From: Perna viridis
Lineage: Eukaryota
Assembly (NCBI GenBank): GCA_037379345.1
Contig: CM074514.1
Location: 13,888,001 to 13,952,000, forward strand
Direction of reading: 5' to 3'
Length of the DNA stretch: 64,000 nucleotides
Of this stretch, positions 23,243 through 35,828 are shown piece after piece. A program made the translations under genes and the position numbers. The notes beneath the pieces were generated by a model. That model saw nothing but the letters and a program-made list of their open reading frames with translations, ran no database searches and was not told where the DNA came from. Positions within the stretch are counted from its first letter, which is position 1. The number at the start of each line of letters is the position of its first letter.

Positions 23243-24489
23243 CCATGACATTATTTTCTCTATTATTCCATATGTTTAGTGTACCCTTCCATTCCAACTC
23301 GTAGGTCAGAAAATATACCATAGAATTTCGACTTTAACTCAATTTCATTGAAACTTCTTTTGCGACAAATGCTTCTTCTCACTTGTATTACACATAACTG
23401 TCACAGGAATCTTTTGTTGTAAAATCTACTAACCGGAAAAACCTTAGGCTTGGCTCTTTGCAAATTACTTTCATACTAACGAATTGTTTCGCTTTTGAAC
23501 TACTAAACCGATTATAAATCGTGTACATTATATTATAAATTTATACAGTTAGTAATAAGGAAACAATTCAGCATTCAGACATTTATTTCAAAATAACATC
23601 TAAATACTTCACATAAATATATATTGAATTTTTATGTACAATAAAATTATTTCAATAAAACTGACAACAAAAAAGTTCGTCTCAAGAGGGCTGTAAATAT
23701 ACGCACTATGTTTACATAAAAAAGAATCAAATTTGTTAAAACCTTAATGGATTTTAATTAAGAAGTATACTTTGAGAATTATTCCTTCCTCTTTGTGACA
23801 ATTTGATTTTAAAAGCAGGAATATCACAAATTTGTCGGTAGCTTGTTGGCTTCTTGAAAAAACTCCAGTACGTAATAGAATTTATAAATATGAACTCTGT
23901 CATTAGAATTTTACAATGAAATGAAAACCAATGTAATAAGTCATTAATGAAGAAAGGAAATCAAAAGATGAAGACAAATATTAAATAAAAATGCATACCA
24001 AATTTAACTACTGAAAAATTAAGCTTCCTTGATAGCTTTTTATGTCAAGAGAATTTAGTAAGTACTTTGTACTTCCCAACATTATCAGCCTATAAACTGA
24101 ATTCTGATATGAAGACTAAATGATAATAGAATGCTTACAAGTAAATTCATCCGAAATGTATAATAAAGTCACACAAACTACTTTGTCAATACTCGCATAT
24201 GGTAAAAACCATCTCTAAGTGTATAAGAGCACCACACACACACACTGCTTTGTTTCACACATACTTTCTCAGCACTCTCACATCATTCTCTTTAATCTAA
24301 ATCCTAATATCAAGCCACCATTTAAGCAATCATTTTCTGTAAAACATCAACATTTGAAACTAAAATATTCATTTTATAGTAAAAATAAAATACAGAAATT
24401 GGTTTAAAACAATGCCATAATAAATACATTGAGAACTTTTTTCAGAGAGTAATGGTATTTCACTACTCCTGAATTTCTGAAAACAAAAC

Positions 24490-24648
24490 TTATTTCATGG
24501 GCATTAAATGAATAGAGCTGGGATCACTGAAGGGGCCAGGTCGACCATGAACATCCAGAGGTCTTACAGCAAAGTGATACCGATTACCTTCCTGGAACTG
24601 TGTCAAAGTACATGCCATTGGTAAAGGTAAGGCTTTCACATCTCCCAC
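24490..24648 (-). CDS. ATF7IP: ATF7IP last coding exon
   Basis: Acceptor TTTTTCTAG|; [18 protein letters not shown]...PMK*; candidate AATAAA (minus strand) at 23582-23587. Confidence 0.95.
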   Translation of the reverse strand: MGDVKALPLPMACTLTQFQEGNRYHFAVRPLDVHGRPGPFSDPSSIHLMPMK

Positions 24649-27600
24649 CTAGAAAAAAACAAAACATACAATCATAATTTGTCAGTAATCTTTCCTTCTA
24701 TTAGTTATTAGTTCCCACTTCAAGTGTCTAGAATTTATGTAAGGGGCCATAGTGGTAGAAATTTTGCTGTTTTATGTAAATTGACACCATTAACAAAATA
24801 CCCAGTTTCCTCAATTTCACTGTCTGCTTTGAAAAAATGGAGATACCTTCTGAGAACTCTTAAATTATGTGACCCGTTTCTGACTGTAAAGGTATTTTCT
24901 CTGTTTCTTCAACAACTTTAAATTCACTTTTATTTAATTAACTGATTAAGTCCCCAGTAAAGAGATATTTAAAAATGCATTCTTTTTAAATATTGAAAGC
25001 TGCATATTTTGTTTTAAATAATGTCACAACAAAACATGTGATAAGGGATCGAACCATAAAACCAACTTGACTTTATTATCAATGAGATTGTTTGATAATA
25101 AGACAGAAATGTAAAATTGATCCTAAGTTCTGTTAAAAAATTAAAGGAACATATTGTGACTTCAAATTTTAAATAAATTTTACATTTACAATATTCTGTG
25201 AAATTGACAGCAGTTTATTTCTGATTCTTAGAAAATAAAATTTCATTTTCTGGACAAAACCCCAAATATAAAAAACTGACAAGTAGTCTTTGTATTTAAC
25301 CTTTAGATGAATACTTGTGAAAAATATCTTGCTATTTTATTTCACAAAAAGGAAGGTAGGTGTATTACAGTTTTTTGTTTCTCTATCTCCAGTTTTATTA
25401 TCTATATGAATATATGACCCCTTTGATAATAGATCATTCTATTTGTTCATGACTGAGGTTTCCTTCATCTGTTCCCTAACAAACCTTCTTCCAGAGTGTT
25501 GGCACAGGTGTTGCTGCTGTTTCCTGATAGGCAAACAATTGATATGATTGTATTTCTGCATGGTTCTTTGCTATGTAAGTCATGTTCCACGATAAGACTA
25601 TTCCTGGAATGTGGTAATGAGAACAAGTCATTAGAATGCTGAGCATGTGTATTTGTATTTTTGAACACTAGAGCATTTCAGTGCAAAACCAAAATAACAA
25701 CAAATTCAAAGCATATTCAATTGCTAGTAGCTTTACATTTCATTTTAATAAAAAAAACAGTTTTTGTTCTGGACTACAATGTCACATACCCTACAATCTT
25801 AAGTTCAAATAGGTTTTAGGATAAGAGGAATATAATCTATATAATATAAAAATTTAATAATGGTTAGAGTAAACTGAGAAATTTACCTACATCCTCCAAT
25901 ATATTTGAGTTATATACTTGCCCTGACTGACTCTAGATATTTTGAGTGTAGGCTTGGGAGCAAGAGGTTTCTCTCCAGGTTTGATAACCGGAGGATCTAC
26001 ATGTGGCAGAGCTGCAGGATGTTGAACTGGCTTTGAAACTGAAGGTTGATTGGTCTGAGGTAGCAATGGTCGCTGTTTATTAAGAAAGAAAACTGTTACT
26101 TTGTAGATAGATTCTCAGTGACATGACTCTGCTAAGTAGAAATTGGGTACAAATAAACTCTATATTTCCTTTTCATCTCAAACAAAACTGCTGTTAACCA
26201 ACAAAGTTGTTGCTACAAAATCATGTTCCTTTTGGTTTAGAAAACAAAAAACTGAATACAATACTGCTTTTCTTGTTGTATAAAAAGCGTTATGCTCTAC
26301 ACTACTTACTAGATTCTGATTATTTGGTGCTGACTGTAATGGTGGCGGTGGTCTTACAGCTCTCTGCTGAACCCCTGTAACACCAGATGTGGTCGGAGCA
26401 CCTGCCCTGGGTAGTGTTGTTAATGGCAATAGTGCAGCAGCTCGTAATTGTGGTGGTGGTGCTCCTGTCTGCTGTGAAACAACAGGAGCACGGACACCTG
26501 GTGTTTGCCCAGGAGCTGTTGGGGCAGTGACAACCTGTAACAGATTACCAGGCTTAATGTTGGGTGATCCCGAAAATACAAGATGCAAGGGTTGCTGTTG
26601 AGGATTAACAAATCTTGTTCCTGCTGGTGAGCCTAATATGATATTTTTTTGAGGTAATGTCACTTGTTGTGGAGCAATACCACAAACAAGTCCCTGAGTG
26701 GGCTGAACTGTAGTCACAACTGCTGGGATGTTGACTGGTTTTGTGACTTGTTGCAAAGGTTGTTTTGTGGCGCTCTCTTCTTCATCAGTCAAATCAATGA
26801 TTTTCATTGGCGCTTTTGCTACTGTAGACATAACTGAAGTAGGCATTGCAGCCTTAACAGTAGTTCCGGAGGACGGAGTTGATGTGACCATTATAAACTG
26901 AGGGGAGATAGGAATCTTAACATTCACTGATGAAATGTTTGTATGAGTCTTCTGCTGTTGCTGTCTAGTAGAATCCAATAAACTTTTCACTGTTTTATTG
27001 GAAGGATAGCTTTCTTTGATAGAATTAGGTGACAGTAATATTTGGCTCTGTTGTTGTAAAGGTATTTGACCAGCCTGTTGTTGCTGTTGTATAGGGAACT
27101 GTATTGGTTGATGTAGTGGAATCTGAAATCAAATATTATGACAACAGTCCATGACAAGTTAATTTAAACAGAGAATAAGATTTACAATTCAAAGTTTTGG
27201 GACATTTCTTTCTTTTTACTGACAATTTTGAGTTTCATATATGGAAATGCATAATGTAACAATACACAAGTTTTTGAAGCTTATCCCGATGATGAATATT
27301 AAGTTCACACAGCTTTTTCAGATAAACTTTTTCAACAGGAAAAATGTTAACATTTGAAATGTATTTGTTGTATAAAACAAATCACTGACATACTCTTTGT
27401 CAGGTGGGAGGAGTAAATATTCAGACCACTTACCACTGGTATATTTAAGGCTTGCTGTATGGAGGAAGGAGTTGATGCTACAGTTGTAGACCTTAAAGGT
27501 GTCAAGTTATTAGAAACAGAGATCACTTTAGAAGTATTTGGCAGTGCACCTACAATCTGTTGATGGGTAATAACAGGTATAGCTGTCTTAGGTGGTGTCT

Positions 27601-30600
27601 GGTTCACTACAGTTCTGGGAGGAGTCTGGCCAACAAATGATCTAGGAGGGGTTTTAGTGCCACTCTTGTTGGGTGTGGTCTGATTCTGTACTATTTCTCT
27701 ACTCTATAAATAATAAATATAAACAATAAATTCCAGCTAAAAATGAATCTTCTAATGGGAATTTGAACACAATGGTTATTTTTTTTCAAGTGAAAACCAA
27801 GGAAATGATGTATTTATTGGATTATTATCTCTATAATGTTTTAAAGATTAATTTTACTTATTGTACTTTGATAGAAACAAGTAACTGTAAACATATTAGT
27901 CTTCTTTTCTATAAAACTTGAAATATTTCATTAACTAGCCAAAATACCAATACAATACAAGCTTTGAAATTACCCCTGGGGCTGCAAATTAATAGCAAAC
28001 TGATAATAAACAATATATCTAAAATGAACATTTCCCATTCAAACTTTAACGCTATTACAACTGGGCAATCTATTTCCTGGTTCTTTTGAGAGTATAGACA
28101 CGGCAAGAAAATACATGCAGTAGTTTGTACACCGATTATTAAGATTAAGTATGGTTATTGGATAAATAAACTACCGGTAAAATAATACATGCTCTTGTTC
28201 ACAGAACCAATCTTATAACACTATGTATGTAACCTGCAAATAACTGTTCAAAATGTTTTCAAAAGTATTTGTACAAATTTTCTATTCTAGTAGGGTATGC
28301 TTATGCTTGTTAATAGTAGCTCATCACAAATCCTTTGTATAAAGCCATGTAAGCAGAGTTTCAAAAAAGCTTTTGGTATAGGAGAAAGTAACAAAGTAAT
28401 TTCTATTCCTTCCATCTTCATTGAACTTTTTCTCATTTGATTTTAGCCTGCACTACTTAACAAGAAAACTAAAAAATCTAGTGGCCATTTCATATCATCA
28501 AGCAATAAGTAAATCCTTTATAAAGGTCCTTATTCACATCATTTCTTTCTAAGTTGCTAAAACTTGATTTAGTAGGAAACTTTGAGCAGCCTCAACCACC
28601 AAATGAGCCACCTAAGCCACACAGAAAGTGGGTCATTTAAGGCATTGAGGTTAACAACCCTATCAAGTTTCAAAACATTGGCACACATGGTTTCAGAGGA
28701 ATTAACATTTGAATACAGGTCTATCAGAGTACTAAGGTACTTTTAAAAATATGGTCTGGAGTAATCAGTGTTCATGAAGGATAAATGAACTAGTATTTTT
28801 GAAGGTCACATAGCAAGATAGCAGGTGCAGTAACTAAAATCTTCAAAGGAATGGTTTTCACCATCCTAAATGCTAGCTTACCAAAGTAGGTGAAGTAACA
28901 CAATCAGGCTGTAAACAAATTAAAGTATACTGTAAATAAGGGTGCTGTTTCATTGATAAGAAAGTAATAGTTTCCATTGTCTATTATGTGGGACAGAAAA
29001 ATGTACCAAATATGCTGTAATAATTTATATTTGTTTACTTTGAACCTTAAATAATAGACAAATTGCTCATTCTGGAATTTCTTATCTCATTTCTTCTTGT
29101 ATTGCATTCAAAAATTGACTTCAATTCCATAAAAATCAAATAGTTTCTTCCTTAAGTGATGAAATATTTAATAGCATTTCAAAGCAGTACAATATGCAAT
29201 GTACTACATAACTACCACAATGGAGATACATTATGCAGAGCCACTTGCAGTGCAATATGTTTAAAATAGAAATCTAATGAAAGCTACAAAAATTATGAGA
29301 AAACAATATTTTTTAATAAATAAGATCATACTATGAAAATGAAATTGATAATACTAGTACATGTAGTATGTAAATTAGCAATAATTTTAATTGACTAGGT
29401 GTTCATATTTTTTAAATGAAAGTAAATTGAATTTAGGTAAAAAGATTGTGAAACAGACCCATGAATAAAATAAATGTACATAGAAAGCTAAGCAAAAGAA
29501 ATATACATCATAATCCTGAATTAAGAAAGATATTAAAAGGCATACCTTTTCAACTTTGTTTTCATCAACTTGCACACCTATAGACTTTGTACTTATTTGC
29601 TGAAAAAGATTTAAAAAAAGACAATTTAAAAAATACCTTATTTACCTTATTTATAAAGAAAAGACAGATGAGCTTAAAAAACTATTGAAAAGAAGATGTA
29701 TTTTAATTGATTTTACAACCTGACAGAAGGACTATTCACTGTTCATTACAACACTTATCTGTTTTTCACCACTAGTTGTAACTGATTTGTGAATATTTGA
29801 TATGATTTCAAACAAGTTCTGAAAATAATATTTTGTCCTAAAATATTTTGATTTTGTTCTTCGGTTTTCCCACCAAGAACATGTTGTCCTTACCCTCAAA
29901 GCAGCAGTCTTCGCTTTCCTTTTCTCATGTTTTTGCTGTAATACTGTTAGTTCTAGCATTTTACGCTCTAAATCTTTGGCTTTGTTTTTCCACATGTCAT
30001 TGGTACGTTGAAGATCATGTATTTTTCTATGCAGATCTTTAATGGTCACATCTCGGTATGATCTCAAATGACACATGACCTGTGCCTTCACTAACTTAAA
30101 TATTTCCTAAAATTAAATACATGCATTGATTTAATTGAAAGCCACTGTTTTTTTGTACTTTGCATCTTTGAACAAGTTTTTTTCTTCTTTTTTTTTAAGC
30201 TTTAAGACACATTAAACATTGGTCCTTAATTAAGTTTCCCCTACAAGTGATTTTTCAGATTGATGATTTTTATGTTTAGTACCCTATTTTCCTATAGCTA
30301 AACATATTTGGAACAGGAACTTCGTCCCACTCAATGTGCCAAAAATACATATTTCATGGTCATCATCATATACTCATGGATTGTTACAGTGTACATCTAT
30401 CTGCACCATGAAAACTAATTTGTTCAACATATCATAGTTTTCCTTTCCTCTTTGGTCTACCCAGGACTTATTAGCAACTCGGTGGGTATTTCTAGGAAAG
30501 CAGAAGATGCTTACCCTACCAGTACACCAGGTCTATGTTACCAGTTTTTAGTGGAGTCGAGTTGCTCATTTACTTTTGTTACTTTGTATGTGTTATTTTA

Positions 30601-33600
30601 GTTATTTTATGTCCTTCATTGTGTGGGTCTGTTTTCCCTGTCTGGTCTTTTCCATCAGACCATGGACTACATTCTTTTGATTTCCACAAGGATCTTTGTT
30701 CCATGGGTTACTCTTTTACCAGACTAGACAAATTTTCACCATGTTTGAAGTGAATATCCTGCAGTCTACAATTTAATCTAGTAATACTCTTCTTTCTATT
30801 CTGGGATATCACACAAGATGGTGTACACCTTTCAAAATTTATGATGCGTACCTTTTGAGACATTCTTCTAGTCTTCCTGGGAGATTGTACAGGAGTCACT
30901 GAAGATTCTTCATCTTCATCATCCATCTCTGAAGCTGATGTCGTATCTTCAGACTTAGATTCTGTCATTTCACTATCTAAATGGCTGGTATCAGTGTCTG
31001 ACAACTCTTCTATAGATTTAACTCTGTTAAGAGAAATGCCAGTTCTGTTTTCTAATTGCCCTATTACTTCATCTAGCCTTGACCTTTTAGGTTCAGATGA
31101 GAGATCATCCTCGTCTGCAGGTCGTTTTCTATCAGAAGCATCAGGTTTACTAGCAGCTTTTTCATTGTCTTCATCACAGATCGCTGATATTTCACTCTGA
31201 ATAGACTGAGGTCCAGAATCACAGCTTTGAGTTTTGTTTGAGCATTGTTCAATGTCTTTCTCATCCTTTGATTCTGATGAAGGTTCCTTACATGGTTTAT
31301 CAGCCTTTTCTCTATCAGAATCTAAATGCATTATTTCATCCTGATCCCTTTTCTGAGAATTTTCCAATACTTCATCATCTTTTGCAACGTCTTTATCTTC
31401 TTCAGATTTAGGAGACTCCGATTGAGATGTCTCCCCTTCTACTGCCTTTATAGAATCAGATTTAGAGTCTTTGTCAACCAATGTCCTCTCAGACAAGTCC
31501 ACATCAACAGCCTCTTCCGGGACAGCTTTATTGCACAAACCAATACTTTCACTACATTTTACACTGTCATTACTTTTTTCACTGTTTCGGTCAAGTTTTG
31601 AAGTTGAGTAAGTATTGTCTTTTTTTAAGTAAGATTTTGAACTGATATTACTGCTGTCATTGTCCAAATCATCACTTATATATTGGCTATTATTTTCACA
31701 ATCAACACTGTTTAAATTGCTTCCAATTGGAATAGTAGAATTAGACTTAACACCTTGTTGACTTGTACAAGATTTCACACTGTGATTACTACACTCATTA
31801 TGATTAAGAATATTTAACTCCTTGTCTTCATTATTAGGGCTCTGAGATCTAGAATCTGACAGTAATGATGTAGTTGGATTTTTAGTTAAATGACTACTGT
31901 CCTCTAAATGTATACTATGAACTGACTTTATACTGTTTCCACTTTTCACACTATGATTACTTTTTATGCTTTCATTACTTTTCACACTGTGATTACTATT
32001 AATACTATGACTACTTTTCACACTTGTAACACTATGATTAGAATCCTCATTGTCTAATTCTAAGAGTTTGTTTTCTTCTTTGAGATCATTGGAAGCAGTT
32101 TTAATCTCCTGGGCATCGTCAATCTGAAGGAGTTTGTCTTCTTCCTTTTTGTCAATATCATTTGACAAAGTTTTATTATCTTCCTTGGGTGATGATGATT
32201 CATCACTAGATTTTAACAATTCTTCTTCTAATGAATCATCAAGTTCAATAACATCTGGGGTAACCTTAGAATCTAAGAATACAAAAGCATAAATTCACAT
32301 TTTGCCAAAATTATGACTAGAAAAAAGTCATGTCCTGGCACTCCAGGGAAGCATGTTTTAAAAATGCACGTAGTGAGACTGCCTTAAAAACACTTAATAC
32401 AAAAGCTTGGATCAAAAATAGGGCATACAGATGTGAAATCCATATAATGATCCAGTTACTCCTATTCCTATAGAATATCAACTATCACTAATTAAAATAG
32501 GAATATTTTAATTTTTTTTTTTTACATTTGCACTCCTCCACTACAATTTTAACATCCCATAAATTTCATATGGAGATAGGTGGATTAGCTATACATATAA
32601 ATAAAATGCTTCACAGGGGTAGCTTGAAACAGTCAAACCCTGAGCAGATGGGACAAGAATGGACACACCATTCAAGCTTTAACTCTGAATTAGAATTACA
32701 ACTTGACCTTAGACACAGGATAAGAATTTTGCTAGAATTGAAGTTGTCCCTTTTTTGGCCATATCTTAATGGTTCAAGACACAAACCCACTAAGGCTATT
32801 ACCTATCCCAGTCTTCCATTTGTGGTATGACATTTTGTGGTATGATTTTAAAGATGCTAATTCTATAGTACTCAACTACTAAGTATTGTCTAATTAGGAA
32901 ATTTTTTTCTGACCCCTCATTCAAAATTTGTTAGTCACCAAATCTCTAACCAACCCAAGCCTTCCTTGATAGCATTTCTTCAAAGTGATCCACACACTTT
33001 TACTCAAGTTATTGCCCAGGCATCAGAACAATGCCCTTTTCTGGTCCCTTATCCTAATTATGTCAAGTCAAAACTCAAAAATTAATTCCATTCTGACTTT
33101 GGTGTACGGCACCTTATATACACTTGTTATTCTTTGGACATTAGGATAATGCATCTTCTAAAAATAGTGACCTTTTGAAAAAATCGGTGAATTTATTTAA
33201 TAAAATCACAGCTTTTTAAACCGTGTTACATTTTACAATTAACCAACCTCCATTGGTAACTTCTTTAGGTTCTTCTGTAGATTTCCTTTCCTGAGTTACT
33301 GTTGTGTTCTGAATATCCTTTAAGTTTTCAAATAAATTACTTCCAATACTTTTCTCAACAGAATTTTGAACAGTTCCATTTTTCACAATTACAGGTCTGT
33401 CTATATTTTCCAGACCAAAGGATTTTGTTTGAGCTAAAAGGTTGCCAAGACTGTTAGCTTCTTCTGTGGGCTTTGTCAGTTTGCCATTTTTAACATTGGA
33501 CATAATGTCTTTAAAAGAGTTCCGAATATTGTCGTTGATAGTAAATTTGTTCGTTTTAATATCATTACTGTTTTTTGAAATAGAACTCGGGTCTTCTAGA

Positions 33601-33809
33601 ATAACAACATCTTCATCTTTTTTCTCCATCCTCAAGCTCAAATATTCGCTGAAGTTCAACTCCTGACCTGTTTGATTATTCAAAGCTTTAAGGCCAAGTA
33701 AACTTTGATTAAAGTTCCTGTTGAATTCGTTGTTTGCATCGAAGCTGTCCAGTCCACTCAAACCATCACTTGCTTTCCCGCTAGAAGATTCTGCCGCTGG
33801 CATGGCCAT
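24490..33809 (-). CDS. ATF7IP: ATF7IP/MCAF1 (windei), SETDB1 cofactor; join of 9 coding exons: 33809-33248, 32272-30852, 30106-29894, 29599-29546, 27703-27434, 27122-26310, 26072-25922, 25603-25485, 24648-24490 (3762 nt, ~1253 aa)
   Basis: C-terminal FN3-like domain [68 protein letters not shown]-interacting motif (SIM) IIDLTDEEE, central coiled coil and acidic N-terminus. All splice phases are consistent. Confidence 0.95.
25485..25603 (-). CDS. ATF7IP: ATF7IP coding exon 8
   Basis: Acceptor TTCCAG|; (G)IVLSWNM...YQLFAYQE...LWKK; donor AAG|GTTTGT. Confidence 0.92.
25922..26072 (-). CDS. ATF7IP: ATF7IP coding exon 7 (start of FN3-like domain)
   Basis: Acceptor AAACAG|; HPAALP...[13 protein letters not shown]; GC donor CAGG|GCAAGT. 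Confidence 0.9.
26310..27122 (-). CDS. ATF7IP: ATF7IP coding exon 6 (Q/P/T-rich, contains [12 protein letters not shown])
   Basis: Acceptor GATTTCAG|, donor CTA|GTAAGT; in frame with ORF 26178-26990. Confidence 0.9.
27434..27703 (-). CDS. ATF7IP: ATF7IP coding exon 5
   Basis: Acceptor TTTATAG|, donor GTG|GTAAGT, phase 0-0. Confidence 0.85.
29546..29599 (-). CDS. ATF7IP: ATF7IP coding exon 4 (54 nt, [18 protein letters not shown])
   Basis: Acceptor CTTTTTCAG|, donor AAG|GTATGC, phase 0-0. Confidence 0.8.
29894..30106 (-). CDS. ATF7IP: ATF7IP coding exon 3 (coiled coil, presumed SETDB1-binding region)
   Basis: Acceptor TTTTAG|, donor AGG|GTAAGG; heptad-like [29 protein letters not shown]. 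Confidence 0.9.
30350..30716 (+). mobile_element. Naiad-type PLE 3' end inside an ATF7IP intron
   Basis: Homologous to 35250-35590 and 63461-63800, with CpG sites decayed. Confidence 0.8.
30852..32272 (-). CDS. ATF7IP: ATF7IP coding exon 2 (acidic, Ser-rich, bipartite NLS RKRP...PKRSR)
   Basis: Acceptor TTCTTAG|, donor AAG|GTACGC; in frame with ORF 30708-32219. Confidence 0.9.
33248..33809 (-). CDS. ATF7IP: ATF7IP coding exon 1
   Basis: Acceptor TTTATAG| (exon from 33821), ATG 33809, donor GAG|GTTGGT, phase 1. Confidence 0.8.
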
Positions 33810-34509
33810 TACCTGGACATCCTATAAATAGAATCGAAAATTGTGTGAAGTCAACCATGACTATGATGGACTTCAATAGTAGGAGATTGGCAACTGCGAA
33901 AAAAGTATGGCAAAAAGACATTTGGTAACTGATTATTAGTAGTGAAATAAAACAACTTATAAACTTCTTTATAGGTTATGGTCGACAAGTGTACTGTAAA
34001 CCGTAAACAATCGGTTACCATTCGAGTTGTGACCGGGAAGTGATCAATGGACAGTTTGCCCGATGGTTTGTGTAGATACAATGAACCATAATGAAGCCAC
34101 TACAAACAAAAACAAGAGACTCTCGAAGAGTCTGAATCGCTCACCTGGCAAACCATGCCCTATATTATGCTTTGTTACCAAGTTTGACCCACAAAATATT
34201 GCTGAAAAAGAGCATATATTGATGAATGCTGTAAGTTCTACTGAGTACCTAAGGCACTGTGAATGTTGAAAATGTTGTGTTTTAGAACATATGGAAAAGA
34301 TTTGGGCAGCTGTCCCCCAATGCCATGTTATCCCATCAAGTCAGAGGGGGGATAAGGCCGCTATACATTTGCTGAACACGAACATAAATAAAGTTAAATC
34401 ATAGTTATACAACATTTTCTTCTTCAACGTTTGACGTAGGAGACAATGTTTACATAAAATATCATTGAAAGTAAAAATAAGCGGAAAAATGGCCTCCCTG
34501 AACAAATTT

Positions 34510-35590
34510 TTCTCAACACCATTCGTCTTAGAATAGGTTTACATTATACATCGTTGTTTTTCCAAAAAGGATGGTAGACCTAGATACAAATATATAGTTC
34601 TTGGTAGAGATTCAACATACTTTGCAAGAAATAATTTCAAATCATCTTTCAAATATACAGAGGAAGATGTTTACAAAATTTTTAATCTACAACATATTTG
34701 TCCAGTGTGGTGGACGTGTTTTTCAACAAACGGTCGGCATTCCAATGAGAACAAAATGTGCTCCTTTACTTGCTGACCTATTCCTTCACTCTTACGAGGC
34801 TGACTTTATAGCTGATCTAATCCGAAAGAAAGAATATCGTTTGGCTAGATCCTTTAATCTCAGTTTCCGCTCTATAGTTGACGTATTATCTTTAAACAAT
34901 CCTAATTTTAGGGATTTGATACATCGCATCTACCCCAAAGAACTTGAGATAAAGGATACTACAGACACTGTGAAGTCAGCCGCATATCTTGACCTATACT
35001 TAGAAATCGATGGTAAAGGAAAACTATTGACCAAACTTTATGACAAGCGTGATGACTTTTCAATCAGAATTGTCAACTTTCCTTTTATCTGTGGCAACAT
35101 CCCTTCAGTAACTGCGTATTGAGTGTTCATATAACTTATACGTTATACCACAGCGTGCCGAAACTACGCAGACTTTTTGTACCGCGCTAGAACTCTAACA
35201 AATAGGCTTCTGGAACAGGATTATGTTACTACAAGATTGAAGTCAAACTCGTGGATCGTTATGGTGTATCCATCTGCACCATGAACACTGATTTATTCAA
35301 CGGGTCAGTTTTCCTTTCCTCGTTTGCCTACCCCGTACTCGACTTTTTATAAGCAACTCGGCGGTTTTTTTTTAGAAAAGCAGAAGACGCTTACCCTACC
35401 GGTGCACCTGGTCAATGCTCCCAATTTCAAGTGGAGTCCGAGTTGGTCATTTGCTTTTTTTGCTTCGTATGTATGATTTTATTTACTTTGTGTTCTTTGT
35501 TGCGTGTGTCTGTTTTCCATGTCGAGTCTTTGCCCCTGGATTACATTCTTTTGATTACCGCTATAACCTTGGTTCCCTTGATTAATCCTT
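34510..35590 (+). mobile_element. 5'-truncated, inactivated Penelope-like retroelement (Naiad-type: RT is C-terminal), with 3'UTR
   Basis: QQTVGIPMRTKCAPLLADLFL (degenerate QxxGxPMG), FRSIVD (decayed YIDD), YLDL, LYDKRDDF, GNIPS. The ORF ends TDLFNGS with no downstream GIY-YIG domain. Confidence 0.85.
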
Positions 35591-35828
35591 TACAGTAGAA
35601 ACTAAAAATCATGGGAATCCGACAAACTAGTTAAAATGGCCGCCTAAAAAGTTAATACTACTGGTCAACGCAGAGTATCATGTTTATTTTAAGAGTAGCT
35701 TTCATCATTATTCTACTATAGGTGAGGAAAAAAAATAGCAAAAAGGCACCCTGACTCCTATGTTCTATTTTTAGTAAAGACGGCCATGTTTTTCTCGACC
35801 GATCAATTTGTGCAGGATACCCTACGGA

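Noticed and set aside
35117-35125. In-frame TGA in the Naiad RT as a possible selenocysteine codon
   Set aside because: The better-preserved copy near 63962 has GGA (Gly) at this position, and this copy has other inactivating changes, so it is a point mutation.
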